This document shows positions 42,415 to 52,538 of a stretch of 64,000 nucleotides of DNA, one piece after another. This DNA is from Candidatus Latescibacterota bacterium (GTDB lineage Bacteria > Latescibacterota > UBA2968 > GCA-2709665): positions 3,712,001 to 3,776,000 of the forward strand of contig OZ241917.1 of NCBI GenBank assembly GCA_965203805.1, read 5' to 3'. Position numbers and translations under genes: made by a program. The notes beneath the pieces are model-generated. The model was given only the letters and a program-made list of their open reading frames with translations, searched no databases and was not told the origin of the DNA. Within the stretch, counting starts at the first letter, position 1. Each line of letters begins with the position of its first letter.

Positions 42415-43813
42415 GTGAGACGAAAGAAAGCCGATTTGCGCGCGCGCGTCAACGACAATTTGAAGATCGAATTCACCGGTGAAGGCCTCACTTCGTATGT
42501 GGGTTTGGAATTGTTGATGCGATATTTGCGGAACGTGGATTGGAACAGGCAATTGCGCCGTCATTTGGGCAATGTGGGCTTTGGCGGCGATTTCGGTGTG
42601 GTGAGCCTTTCCCGTGTTGTATTGGGATTGCTGGTGGTGGGCGGCCGTCGGTTGCGACATCTGGATTTCTTGAAAGGAGATCCCCTGCTGCAGCGGTTCT
42701 GCGGTCTGACGGATCTACCGCCCCCCCGTAGCATGAGCGCGTTTCTGAGACGGTTTACCGACAAGGGTCTCAATGCCCTGAAAGCCCTCAACGCCGATGT
42801 TGTTGCCCATAAGATCAAGTTGTTGCGCGCCCGGAAATTGACGATCGACGTGGACGGCACCGTGTTGTGCACCGGAAAACGCGTCGGCGGCGCCCGCCGC
42901 GGGTATAATCCGCATCATCGCAAAGTCCCCAGTTACTATCCGATTACCGCCTACCTGGCCGACAGTGGTCATTTTCTGGGCGCCCACAACCGGCCCGGCA
43001 ACATCAACGATGGCAGTGCCTCCATCGAGTTTCTAAAGGATGTGTTTTCTCAGATCAAGGAAAGCTTGGGACACGCCTACTCCCTGCGATTCCGCATGGA
43101 TGGCGACTTTTTCAAGAAAGATGTGATCAACAGGCTCGACAAGAACAAGGCCTCGTATGCCATCAAGGTGCCCTTTTGGAAAGGCTTGGACTTACAGCAC
43201 AAAATCCGTCAATGCAGCAACTGGCAGCGCATCGAGAAAGGCGTCGACGGCTTCACGTCAACGCTGACGGTCAAAAAATGGGAACGCACCCTCAACATTG
43301 CCATCTTTCGAAAACGCGTGATGCATCAAACCCGCAAAAACTACCAGTTGGACCTATTCGATCTCGATGACGGTACCTTCGAATACTCTGCGGTGGCCAC
43401 CAATCTACCTTTCAAGTTGCGCTCGCTCCGGCGCTTCATGGCAGGGCGCGGCGTGCACGAGAGAGCCATCGGCGAACTCAAGACCGGACTCAGCTTCGAT
43501 ACCATCCCCACACACGATACCCACGCCAATAGTGCCTGGCAACAGTTCGTCATTCTCGCGTACAACCTCCTGGTCAACTTCCAGATCGAAACCGGACCGA
43601 CAAAACGCAATCGCACCTTGAAAAATACCAACCGACCTGCCTGCTGCAGGCAGGTGGCCACTCAAATCCATACGCACCCTACGGTTCGAACTCGTCAACC
43701 GAGCCGGACACCTCGTGCGACCCGAAGGACGCCTTACACTGCGCCTCCAACGCAACAAACACACCGAAAAACATTACCGTCAAAGTTGCAATGCGCTACA
43801 GAAAGCTGCCTGA
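42415..43813 (+). pseudogene. IS1380 transposase frameshifted by a 19-bp palindrome
   Basis: LTSYVGL, TIDVDGT, FRMDGDF, RGVHERAIGELK, LAYNL; removing 43636-43654 restores WPLKSIRTLRFELVNRAGHLVRPEGRLTLRL...KAA-stop (43813). Confidence 0.85.
43636..43654. repeat. 19-bp perfect hairpin CCTGCCTGC-T-GCAGGCAGG
   Basis: Inserted between codons CGA and TGG without duplication. Confidence 0.88.
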
Positions 43814-43840
43814 TTTATTTCAAATTTAGGTTAAACACCA

Positions 43841-43905
43841 AATCGCCCGTGTTCTTGCGGGTATATCCAAGTTCATGTTGCTTAATTTTGTCGAATCTAA
43901 GTTAG
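43841..43905. mobile_element. MITE family C right-end remnant
   Basis: GTGTTCTTGCGG...TTTGTCGAATCTAAGTTAG, very similar to 52181-52245. Confidence 0.65.
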
Positions 43906-44396
43906 AGTCTAAGACCTTGAGACACAGACGGTGACGGGGTTGCGATCGCGATTTCCTCGGCAGAAGACACGTGACTATTACGGCATTTCTCGACTCTATG
44001 TTCGATCCGAGTACCGCCAATGAACCGCGCGTGGAGTCTCCCGCGCTGTAAGTTGCGAATATTCTTGAATGTCCAATGCGTGTGGAGGTGTCTTGGCCAT
44101 CCTCACCTTGTGCAGATTAATTGCAAATCTGGGTCTACGACCTCCGTCGCAACAAGGGATGTGTCCGTTTGAGGAATTGACTACTACCCGGCCGATTTCG
44201 TTGTTATTAAGGGGAGCGTCAAATAGTTGACAATATTAGAGGGCAGCGTAGCGTACGGATGGGACCTGACAGTAGCGTTAATTACCAAGAGCGGCAAATG
44301 GTTGACATCTATGCCCGGCTACGCCAGCAATATGCTCCCCGTAATAACGCGAAACATGGCCTCAGGCTGAACCGGAAACTCTGGTGACGGAATCTT

Positions 44397-46139
44397 ATGT
44401 TTCGTGACAGGACCGAAAACAGCCGCATCTTGCGGCCTTCATATCGCCAAATTCTGACCAAGTATCTGGGATTTCAAAAACGCCTAGTTGGCTTGCTAGC
44501 GACTCTGTTGATGGCTGCGATCGCCATGCAATTGATCAGCCCGCAAATTGTGCGGCAGTTCATCGATGAGGCCCTCGCAGGTGGCGAGCTAACTCTACTC
44601 GCTGTCGTCTTTATGCTAGTGACCGTATCGGCGCGGGTGCTTACAGTTCTTACAGTGTATACTAGTGAAAAAGTAGCTTGGGAGGCTACTAACGCGCTAC
44701 GCCACGATTTAGTTGAACATTGCCTAAGGCTAGATATAGAATTCCACGAAGAAAATTCGCCCGGTGTTCTAATCGAGCGGATCGACGGAGATGCGGCTAA
44801 GCTGGCGTCGTTTTTTTCTAGTCTTGTACTTCGCATTCTTGGCAATGTCCTGTTGTTGTCTGGAGTCTTGATCGCAATGTTTGTCGAGGATTGGCGTATA
44901 GGATTCTTGATGACCGTTTATGCGGCACTTACGATCAGCGTGATGTGGTTCTTCCGTAGTTTGGCAGTATCGCATTGGAAGGAAGCCCGTTCGGCGGCCA
45001 CAATGCTATTCGGATTTATTGAGGAGCGGATGGCGGGTGCCAGCGAGGTTCGCGCTGTAGGTGGGCTAAGACAAACCGTTCGTCAACTGCAGGAACATAC
45101 GCAACTGCGGATGAAAAGTGAACTCCGAGCTAGTATCATGAATGTAAGACTTAGGGTCTGCAACACGGGTTCATATGTTCTCGGCCAAGTGCTCGCAGTC
45201 GGGATGGGATACTATCTATACAATCAAGATGCGATCACTGTCGGCACGATTTTTCTGATCGTTAACTACGCCGATTTACTGTTTTGGCCACTTCGTGAGA
45301 TTAACTATCAAGTTGAGGGTCTTCAGCAGGCCGGCGGAAGTGTTGAACGAATTCTCGAATTGCACCATAGGCAAGGCAGAGTCTCCTCCGGGGTAAAGCG
45401 ATTTGGGTGGGGGGGACCGATGGAGGTGTCATTCGAAAAGGTGAGCTTTAGTTACAACCAGAAAAATACAGTTCTTGATGACGTATCCTTTTCTTTGGCA
45501 AGAGGTAGAGTGCTAAGTGTCTTAGGACGTACAGGATCAGGGAAAAGCACACTAGCGAAGCTCATCTCCAGACAAATACACCCTATGAGAGGCAATATCA
45601 CGATCGATCATATGGCAATTGGTGAAATCTCTGAGTGTGACTTTCGGAGATATGTTGGATCGACACCCCAGTCAGTTCAGTTATTCCGCGGTACGGTACG
45701 CGATAATTTGACATTCTTCGAAGGAAAAATTCCAGATCACTCTCTTCTAAGGGTTGTCGATGCCCTCGGACTCGGGGAGTGGTTTGACACACTTCCAATG
45801 GGGTTAGATACGCAAATAAAGGCATCTGGTGAAGGGTTTTCCGCTGGTGAAGGACAACTGATCGCTCTGATGCGGATATTTCTTAGAGATCCCGGACTGG
45901 TTGTCCTTGACGAGGTGTCATCACGGCTCGATCCAGTCACAAAAACCCATGTGGAACGCGCGGTCAGCGAACTAGTGAAAGGCCGCACCACGGTACTCGT
46001 TACGCACGATCCCGAGACTGTGAATCGCTCAGACGATGTCCTCATTTTGGAGAATGGGCGAATTCGTGAGTATGGAAAACGACAACGGCTATTTCAGAAT
46101 ATTGAATCATACCTAGCTTCCGTACCCATACAGAGATGA
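44397..46139 (+). CDS. ABC exporter half-transporter (TMD-NBD), subunit 1
   Basis: Six-TM region, PGVLIERIDGD, GRTGSGKS, FSAGE, LDEV, VTH. Confidence 0.92.
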   Translation: MFRDRTENSRILRPSYRQILTKYLGFQKRLVGLLATLLMAAIAMQLISPQIVRQFIDEALAGGELTLLAVVFMLVTVSARVLTVLTVYTSEKVAWEATNALRHDLVEHCLRLDIEFHEENSPGVLIERIDGDAAKLASFFSSLVLRILGNVLLLSGVLIAMFVEDWRIGFLMTVYAALTISVMWFFRSLAVSHWKEARSAATMLFGFIEERMAGASEVRAVGGLRQTVRQLQEHTQLRMKSELRASIMNVRLRVCNTGSYVLGQVLAVGMGYYLYNQDAITVGTIFLIVNYADLLFWPLREINYQVEGLQQAGGSVERILELHHRQGRVSSGVKRFGWGGPMEVSFEKVSFSYNQKNTVLDDVSFSLARGRVLSVLGRTGSGKSTLAKLISRQIHPMRGNITIDHMAIGEISECDFRRYVGSTPQSVQLFRGTVRDNLTFFEGKIPDHSLLRVVDALGLGEWFDTLPMGLDTQIKASGEGFSAGEGQLIALMRIFLRDPGLVVLDEVSSRLDPVTKTHVERAVSELVKGRTTVLVTHDPETVNRSDDVLILENGRIREYGKRQRLFQNIESYLASVPIQR

Positions 46140-46152
46140 GGAAATTGTCAGG

Positions 46153-47901
46153 GTGTATGCTTTAAGAGCGGCACTGGTACTAATCCGAGTTCGGCGGGCA
46201 CTCTTCGTAGCCAACTTTGGTGCGATGGTGATGTATTTTGTGTCGGTACAAGCACCTGCTTGGCTGTTACGTGAATTCTTCGATATGCTTACGGGGGGCC
46301 CCGCTCGCTTGGGATTCTTTTCGGTTATTGCGTTGCTTGCAAGCGCGGGACTCGGTCGGATACTGGCGAACTACCTGATGGTCTCTACTCATGTACCATT
46401 TATGAACTCTGTCTCCAGTCTTCTACAAACAAATATGTTAGCACATGTACTGACGAAACCACAGGCAATTCCTAAGTCTCCTGGAGAATCGATTAGCCGA
46501 TTCAGAGATGATGTTGATTTCTCGCGACGCGTCCCGATGCGGATAAATGACCTCCTTGGGGGAGGTATTGCTGCTGTGGTCGCCGTCGGGGCTATGCTCA
46601 GCATTGATATTTCGATCACTATCGTTGCCCTACTTCCAATCTTGACAACTGTTGTCTTGTCGCACCTTGCTTCACCGAAGGTCGCGGAGGTTCGCAGACG
46701 AAGCCGTGAGGCCCACGGCGAAGTGACGAACTTCATTGGGGAGATTTTCGGGTCGGTTCAGAGTGTCAAGTTGAGCAACGCCGAGTCTCCCGTACTGTGC
46801 CAATTCGATAAGCTTGGCACAGTACGCTCCAAAACCGCTATAACAGACAGCTTCACTGCGGCAATCTTAAACGCTTGCAACGGAATCGCGGTCGGGCTTT
46901 CGACAGGAGGCGTTTTATTGTTCGCGGGTCCGTCTGCCTCATCTGGCGAAGTCTCAATGGGTGACCTTGTGCTCTTTCTATACTTTGCCGGTTTCATTAC
47001 GGAGTGGGCACAATTGATCGGTTCAAGTATTTTGACGTTCAGGCAGGCTGACGTTTCCTTCCAGCGGATGTTAAAGCTCATACCGGGTGCCCAATTAAAA
47101 GATCTCGTCGGACCCCGCCAGCTTTTCATAAATGGAAGCGGGCGAGGGCGGCCGTTTTATTGTGTTCCGGCGAAAGACCCATTGGAGTTGCTAAAGGTAC
47201 GCGGGCTGACTTTCAAATATCCCCGATCGAATAAGGGAATCCAAAATGTGAATCTAGATCTTCTCGGCGGCTCGTTAACGGTAATTGCCGGGAGAGTTGG
47301 ATCTGGGAAAAGCACAATTATAAGAGCGCTCTTGGGGCTAGTTCCCCAGCAGAGAGGCGAGGTCTATTGGAACGGCAAAATCGTGTCGGATCGTGGTTCC
47401 TTCTTCGTGCCTCCGCGTAGCTCCTATACTCCACAGCATATACATTTGTTCAGTGGGACGCTTCGCGAGAATATCGCCCTGGGTTTCTCAGATGATGACA
47501 GGAGTATTGAAAGGGCGATTAGACTAGCGGTGCTGGATGAGGATGTCAAGACTCTCGAAGAAGGGATAGATACAATAATAGGTCAACGGGGGCTAAAGCT
47601 CTCGGGTGGCCAGAAACAACGCGTGGCCATAGCGCGAATGTTGATTTCTCGATCAGAGTTCCTAGTCCTTGATGACCCTACAAGCTCCCTGGACATGACA
47701 ACCGAGAACGAGTTTTGGAAAAGGCTTTGCGATTGGGAAAGTTCGAGCATTCTTGCAGCCTCAAATAGCGCGGTTGCGTTGAAGAAATCCGATCAGGTTA
47801 TCGTAATGAAGGACGGTGAGGTGCACGCGGTTGGGAAGTCTATGTCACTGCTAACGTCGTGCGCCGAACTACAGCAAATATGGAACGGAGATCTTGGGTA
47901 G
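46153..47901 (+). CDS. ABC exporter half-transporter (TMD-NBD), subunit 2 with degenerate catalytic residues
   Basis: GESISRFRDDV, GRVGSGKS, LSGGQ, Walker B LDD (Glu to Asp), ASN in place of the H-loop. Confidence 0.92.
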   Translation: MYALRAALVLIRVRRALFVANFGAMVMYFVSVQAPAWLLREFFDMLTGGPARLGFFSVIALLASAGLGRILANYLMVSTHVPFMNSVSSLLQTNMLAHVLTKPQAIPKSPGESISRFRDDVDFSRRVPMRINDLLGGGIAAVVAVGAMLSIDISITIVALLPILTTVVLSHLASPKVAEVRRRSREAHGEVTNFIGEIFGSVQSVKLSNAESPVLCQFDKLGTVRSKTAITDSFTAAILNACNGIAVGLSTGGVLLFAGPSASSGEVSMGDLVLFLYFAGFITEWAQLIGSSILTFRQADVSFQRMLKLIPGAQLKDLVGPRQLFINGSGRGRPFYCVPAKDPLELLKVRGLTFKYPRSNKGIQNVNLDLLGGSLTVIAGRVGSGKSTIIRALLGLVPQQRGEVYWNGKIVSDRGSFFVPPRSSYTPQHIHLFSGTLRENIALGFSDDDRSIERAIRLAVLDEDVKTLEEGIDTIIGQRGLKLSGGQKQRVAIARMLISRSEFLVLDDPTSSLDMTTENEFWKRLCDWESSSILAASNSAVALKKSDQVIVMKDGEVHAVGKSMSLLTSCAELQQIWNGDLG

Positions 47902-48078
47902 TGGTTGTTTGCGCTAAAGGGAACCTATGCTAAACTTCGTCCGATCGCATAGACAACCGAATTATGCACAAAAACCCAAGCGAAAGACTTCCTAAGGATT
48001 TTTGTATGGGTACCAAGAGTTTTTTACAAAGCGGGCACGAAACTTGTATAAACACTCACACACAGTTTGGAGGCGCAA

Positions 48079-49224
48079 ATGCCAAATCTTAAGGATCGTA
48101 TCAGCGTTGACCTCAATGAGAACCTGCAATACCGCCCGGTATTAGGAAAGTCTGTGGATGAGCGCCTTGATTTAGACATAGATAGAGTGATGAACAAGGT
48201 TCAGTACCCTGAAAGACTGTTCGCTGGCCTTGACGATATCGAGTTGCCTGCTCTTGAGCAACTGTTGAGAGAAACTCAATTGTATGTGCTCGGTCTGCGT
48301 TTGACCAATGTCTGTAACTACGACTGTGTATATTGTGGAACTGCAGCAAAGAGAGGCCGTGATTCCAAACTTGTCCTGAGAACCCGGGAGTACCGGGACG
48401 TAGTCGAACAAGCCTCCGAACTTGGAGTAAGCAGCATAATTTTCGGTGCAAATGGCGAACCACTAATGACCAAGGATCTATTGGAGATTGTGGAGTACAC
48501 GGCAAAACATAATATGACGCCGATAATCTTCACGAACTTGTCAATTTTAGGTCATGATCAACTGTGTGAACGTCTCCATGGAATTTCAGGCATATCTCTA
48601 ATGCAGAGACTGGATGATGCCGGTACCTCATTGATTATTGCGTGTGAGTCGCTAGAGGAAAGGACTTACAATGCGATCATGGGTGTCGACACGTTTAGAT
48701 ACTTCGAGGCCGGAATTGAGAGAATCCAATCAAGCTCCTCGTTCACGCAATACCGGGAGTTTGGGCTCTTGCCTTTGTGTAGAATTGCGGTCTCAACAGT
48801 GGTGATGCCGATCAACTACAAGGAATGTCATGCACTAAGAGATTTCGCACACAGTTTGAATGGACTGATAGTCCTCAAGCCGCCATCTTTGCACGGGTCG
48901 GCAAAAAAGAATGCGAAGGATATGTTTGCACCAGAGCAAGTTGCAGACATCCGTAAGGAATTGAATGAGCTCTCCGATAAGCGTGCAACCCTTCAGATTT
49001 TGACGCTCGCTTGCGCATCGTGGACCCTAGGATTGTCCATAGATAATGAGGGAAACTACATGAGTTGCATGACTGAGGAAGTAAACCCGTTCGGTGAAGG
49101 TCTGACCGTGAGAAACACGCGTTTGCGTTCAGTAGTGCAAAGACGAAATGAACTAGTCAAGCTCAGTAATACCATTTGTCCAGTAAAGGACAAATTCTAC
49201 ACGCCGGAACCGGCCCAAATCTAG
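48079..49224 (+). CDS. Radical SAM enzyme with a twitch-like C-terminal domain
   Basis: CNYDCVYC, NGEPL, FTN; C-terminal Cx12Gx4C plus one more Cys; GGAGG before ATG 48079. Confidence 0.88.
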   Translation: MPNLKDRISVDLNENLQYRPVLGKSVDERLDLDIDRVMNKVQYPERLFAGLDDIELPALEQLLRETQLYVLGLRLTNVCNYDCVYCGTAAKRGRDSKLVLRTREYRDVVEQASELGVSSIIFGANGEPLMTKDLLEIVEYTAKHNMTPIIFTNLSILGHDQLCERLHGISGISLMQRLDDAGTSLIIACESLEERTYNAIMGVDTFRYFEAGIERIQSSSSFTQYREFGLLPLCRIAVSTVVMPINYKECHALRDFAHSLNGLIVLKPPSLHGSAKKNAKDMFAPEQVADIRKELNELSDKRATLQILTLACASWTLGLSIDNEGNYMSCMTEEVNPFGEGLTVRNTRLRSVVQRRNELVKLSNTICPVKDKFYTPEPAQI

Positions 49225-49515
49225 GCTGCACAGGAAACGTCCCCCTTCGCGATCCGTACATGGAGTTCGGATTGAACTTTATGCATCAAGAATAGCCAAT
49301 CCACAAGGCGGTCGTCGAACGCAGGAGAATTGGGGAGTTTCGTTCGTCCGAGAAAGCATTCGTCCCACATTTAGCCGGTAGAGTTTTGAGAATCGTCGTC
49401 TTGTGACATTGATTCGCCGTTATTTTTCAGACCACATAACGCTGAAGACCTCCTGAATTATTCAATTCGGGGATAAGAGTTAATCGGTGGATTCCTAATT
49501 CCTGGCGATAGAAAA

Positions 49516-50808
49516 ATGAAAGAACATGGAAATCCCAATCTTGCAACTCTAAAGGACCCTAATGGACTTGTGCATGACTGGAACGTAGAACGATTTCCAC
49601 CTCGGTTTTGTGGATTTGTAGACGAGACAATAAGGGATGGTCTCCAGGCTCCCAACGCTCCAGCCTTAAGCACTTCGGATCGGATGGATTTTATCGATCT
49701 GATGGTGCGATCAGGAATAACAGATGTGATAGTTGGGATGGTTGGTCCCGGCCGTGAAAACAGAGATAGGATTGAGGCGCTCTTACGAAGCTGTGACGAG
49801 CGTTCCTATCCCATCCAAACTTGGCTGCTATCTCGGCATTCAGACGAGGATCTGCAAGAGTTGGTAGATATTAGTCAGTCAACTGGGTGTGATTTTGGCA
49901 TGAACATATTTCTTTGTGCGAGTAATATCCGACTGTTTGCGGAAGGCTGGGACTTGAAGAAGCTACTTAGAAAACTTGAAAGGTGTCTTCAGGTCCAAGG
50001 CCGTGAGTTTTCTGAAATACGAGTTGCAATTGAAGATGCCACGAGAACGTTCCCAAACACCTTGGCTGAAGTGGCCAAACTAGCGATTGAGAATGGAGCA
50101 ACAAGAATTACTGTAGCCGATACTGCTGGGATTTCTACTCCCGATGGAGTAAGGAGGATTTTTGAATTCCTACAAGCGTCGCACCTGGCCCTTGCTGACG
50201 GACTGGTGAAGCTAGAATGGCATGGACATAATGATCGGGGTTTGGCGGTTTCAAACAGCCTTGAAAGTATTCAGTGTGGTGCCAGCTACGTGCATGGAAC
50301 TATCCTTGGAGTAGGTGAGAGAAACGGTAATGCCGCACTTGACACGGTCATACTCAATCTTGCCGATATTCTATCGGACAAGATGAATTGGACGGCGCTG
50401 CAGAAGTATTATCATGTATGCTACGATAAATTCAGAGATGTAATAGCCAAAAACCATCCATTTCTTGGCGAGAATTCCTTCATTACTTCCACGGGAACAC
50501 ACTGTGCTGCAATCAAAAAGGCGCTGGAGAAGGGGTGCCCCGAGATTGCGCAAAGCCTCTTTTCCCCTGCCTCAGCGTACAACGATGTAGAGAGCATTTC
50601 ATTTCAGGTGTCTCCCAATAGCGGAAGACGAAGTGTGCAACTTGTACTCGAGCGTATTGGGATAGATTATCGGAACGAATGTCTGATCGAGGAGATATTG
50701 GATTTGGCAAACTGCCTGAATCGGACCCTGACTAATCGCGAGATAAGAAACATAACGGAGGCCTGTATTGGATCTAAGCGAGAGCAGTCTGTGAACGAAT
50801 CACAATAA
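49516..50808 (+). CDS. Isopropylmalate/homocitrate synthase-like DRE-TIM acyltransferase without a regulatory domain
   Basis: DETIRDGLQ, EDATR, ADTAG, HGHNDRGLAVSN, GVGERNGN. Confidence 0.88.
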   Translation: MKEHGNPNLATLKDPNGLVHDWNVERFPPRFCGFVDETIRDGLQAPNAPALSTSDRMDFIDLMVRSGITDVIVGMVGPGRENRDRIEALLRSCDERSYPIQTWLLSRHSDEDLQELVDISQSTGCDFGMNIFLCASNIRLFAEGWDLKKLLRKLERCLQVQGREFSEIRVAIEDATRTFPNTLAEVAKLAIENGATRITVADTAGISTPDGVRRIFEFLQASHLALADGLVKLEWHGHNDRGLAVSNSLESIQCGASYVHGTILGVGERNGNAALDTVILNLADILSDKMNWTALQKYYHVCYDKFRDVIAKNHPFLGENSFITSTGTHCAAIKKALEKGCPEIAQSLFSPASAYNDVESISFQVSPNSGRRSVQLVLERIGIDYRNECLIEEILDLANCLNRTLTNREIRNITEACIGSKREQSVNESQ

Positions 50809-50989
50809 TGGATTCGGCATCGTCCTGCCGTTTACAGTTCTTCAACTATAAGGGTGCAGGGTAGTATGAAAAACTCTCCCGAGAAGGTGCCGGAGCAATG
50901 GAGGAGAACATACCTCTGTAGCTATAGAGTTGACGATAGAGTTGACGGGTGTAGAGAATTTGCTGCAAGGCATACCCGATGAACCGGGC

Positions 50990-52151
50990 TAGTACTTAAT
51001 TGGTTAAATTAGAGTATTTTTCTTCAAGGGCTTTGGGTCGGACTTTTGTGGATTTCCACTCGAAGGGATGTGCGTTCTCGTTGTAGGCGTCAATGAAGTG
51101 ATTGATGGCGGTGCGTAAGTCTCGAATCGAGGTGAAGGAGCCGCCTTTGAGCGCGCTTCTCCACAGGATGCTGAACCAGATTTCGATCTGGTTGAGCCAG
51201 GATGCGTGGGTGGGGGTGTAGTAGAAGTGGACATTGGGATGGCGTGGCAGCCAGCGGTCGTTCTTGGGCTTGTGGGTGTTCAGGTTGTCGAGGATGATGT
51301 GGAGTTCCTGATCGGGGTATTCGGCGACAAGTTCGTTCATAAAGCTCAGAAACTGGCGTCGTTTGCGCCTTTTGTAATGCCCGGCCTTGACGAGGCCGGT
51401 GGCGACGTTCAATGCAGCGAATAAGGTGGTGGTGCCGTTTCTCTTGTATTCGTGGTTAAAGCCGGTCACGGCCTTGCCGTTGGGCAGCTTGAGCCATCCC
51501 TGTACCCTTTCCAACGCCTGGATCGCGGGCTTTTCATCGACGCACAAGACAATCGCATTTTTGGGAGGTTCCAGATACAACCCCACGATGGCTGCGGCCT
51601 TGGTGGCAAATTCCGGATCGGTGCTGATACACCAGCTGCGCCTTCTGGCCAGCGAAATGCCGTGGTTGCGCAAGACCTGCCAGACATAGTGGACAGAAAT
51701 TCCCAGCTTGTCGGCCAACAACGGACCGGTCCAGTTTCCATAGCCCTTGGGCGGGGCATCGTCCAAGGCCTCCAAAATGCGCTTTTCGCTTGACTGGTCG
51801 TACTTGGCAGGCTTGCCCGATCTCGCCTTGTCCTGCAACCCGGAAAGACCCGACTCGTGAAAGCGCCGGCGCCACTTGCACACCGTGGCCTCGCGCGTTC
51901 CCAGATCCCTGGCGATGTCCCGGTTCGCATCGCCCTGGGACGCTGAAAGAACAATCCGGGCGCGCAGCACATAACGGTGTTGCGTCTTGCCTGAACGTGT
52001 CCAACTCAACAGCGTCTCTTTTTCCTCGTCACGCAACGTGATCAACACGGCGGGGCGGCTCATAGGCGGTCTCCTCTCCACAGTTGAACTGAGATCGATT
52101 CCCTATGAGCACAAGATATATTATTTCGCTTTTTTTGTCAAGTAAGTACTA
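50990..52151 (-). mobile_element. IS630-family insertion sequence
   Basis: Ends TAGTACTT / AAGTACTA (TA target); intact transposase. Confidence 0.88.
50996..52063 (-). CDS. IS630 transposase
   Basis: HTH WRRRF, CVDEKPAIQAL, YKRNGT, ILDNLNTHK, SWLNQIEIWFS. Confidence 0.95.
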   Translation of the reverse strand: MSRPAVLITLRDEEKETLLSWTRSGKTQHRYVLRARIVLSASQGDANRDIARDLGTREATVCKWRRRFHESGLSGLQDKARSGKPAKYDQSSEKRILEALDDAPPKGYGNWTGPLLADKLGISVHYVWQVLRNHGISLARRRSWCISTDPEFATKAAAIVGLYLEPPKNAIVLCVDEKPAIQALERVQGWLKLPNGKAVTGFNHEYKRNGTTTLFAALNVATGLVKAGHYKRRKRRQFLSFMNELVAEYPDQELHIILDNLNTHKPKNDRWLPRHPNVHFYYTPTHASWLNQIEIWFSILWRSALKGGSFTSIRDLRTAINHFIDAYNENAHPFEWKSTKVRPKALEEKYSNLTN

Positions 52152-52180
52152 GTAGTAGATCCATCGACTCATTACATCAG

Positions 52181-52245
52181 ATCGCCTGTGTTCTTGCGGA
52201 TAAATCCGAGCTAATGTCGCTCAAATTTGTCGAATCAAGGTTAGA
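52181..52245. mobile_element. MITE family C right-end remnant
   Basis: ATCGCCTGTGTTCTTGCGG...GTCGAATCAAGG-TTAG; direct repeat of 43841-43905. Confidence 0.65.
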
Positions 52246-52538
52246 CCGTTGAACGGGCGCGCGCTTTTACTTCCACCTATTCGGTTTCGGCTGAGAACAG
52301 TGAAGCAATTCGGCAAGTTGCGCCACGATTTCTGCTGCCTTCACCCCGTTGTGGCCAAACGTCGTTACAGATGCATTTTACATTCTTCGCCGCTCCTTCG
52401 CACTCTACATGTTTCTCTAATTTCAAAGGAGAAATTGCCTCATTGGTATAGGTGCAGAGGGATACCATGGTTACGTGAAAGACTGGGTAGCTAAGAAGGT
52501 CGGGCGCTATCTTATGTGCGGGCGCAAGGGTAAGGTTT

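Larger units (their letters stand above)
42259..43830 (+). mobile_element. IS1380-family insertion sequence
   Basis: Imperfect TIRs CCTTATTTCG / CAAATTTAGG, TTAA on both sides; encodes an IS1380-type DDE transposase. Confidence 0.85.

Noticed and set aside
43655-43905. C-terminal part of the 530-aa transposase ORF in the track
   Set aside because: It is out-of-frame read-through caused by the 19-bp insertion and runs past the TIR.
47964-48092. 42-aa ORF before the radical SAM gene as a RiPP precursor
   Set aside because: No RBS, it overlaps the rSAM start, and it shows no leader/core pattern.
50866-50982. 38-aa ORF with an ATAGAGTTGACG duplication as a precursor peptide
   Set aside because: Weak RBS, next to an IS end, only two repeat units and no supporting motif.
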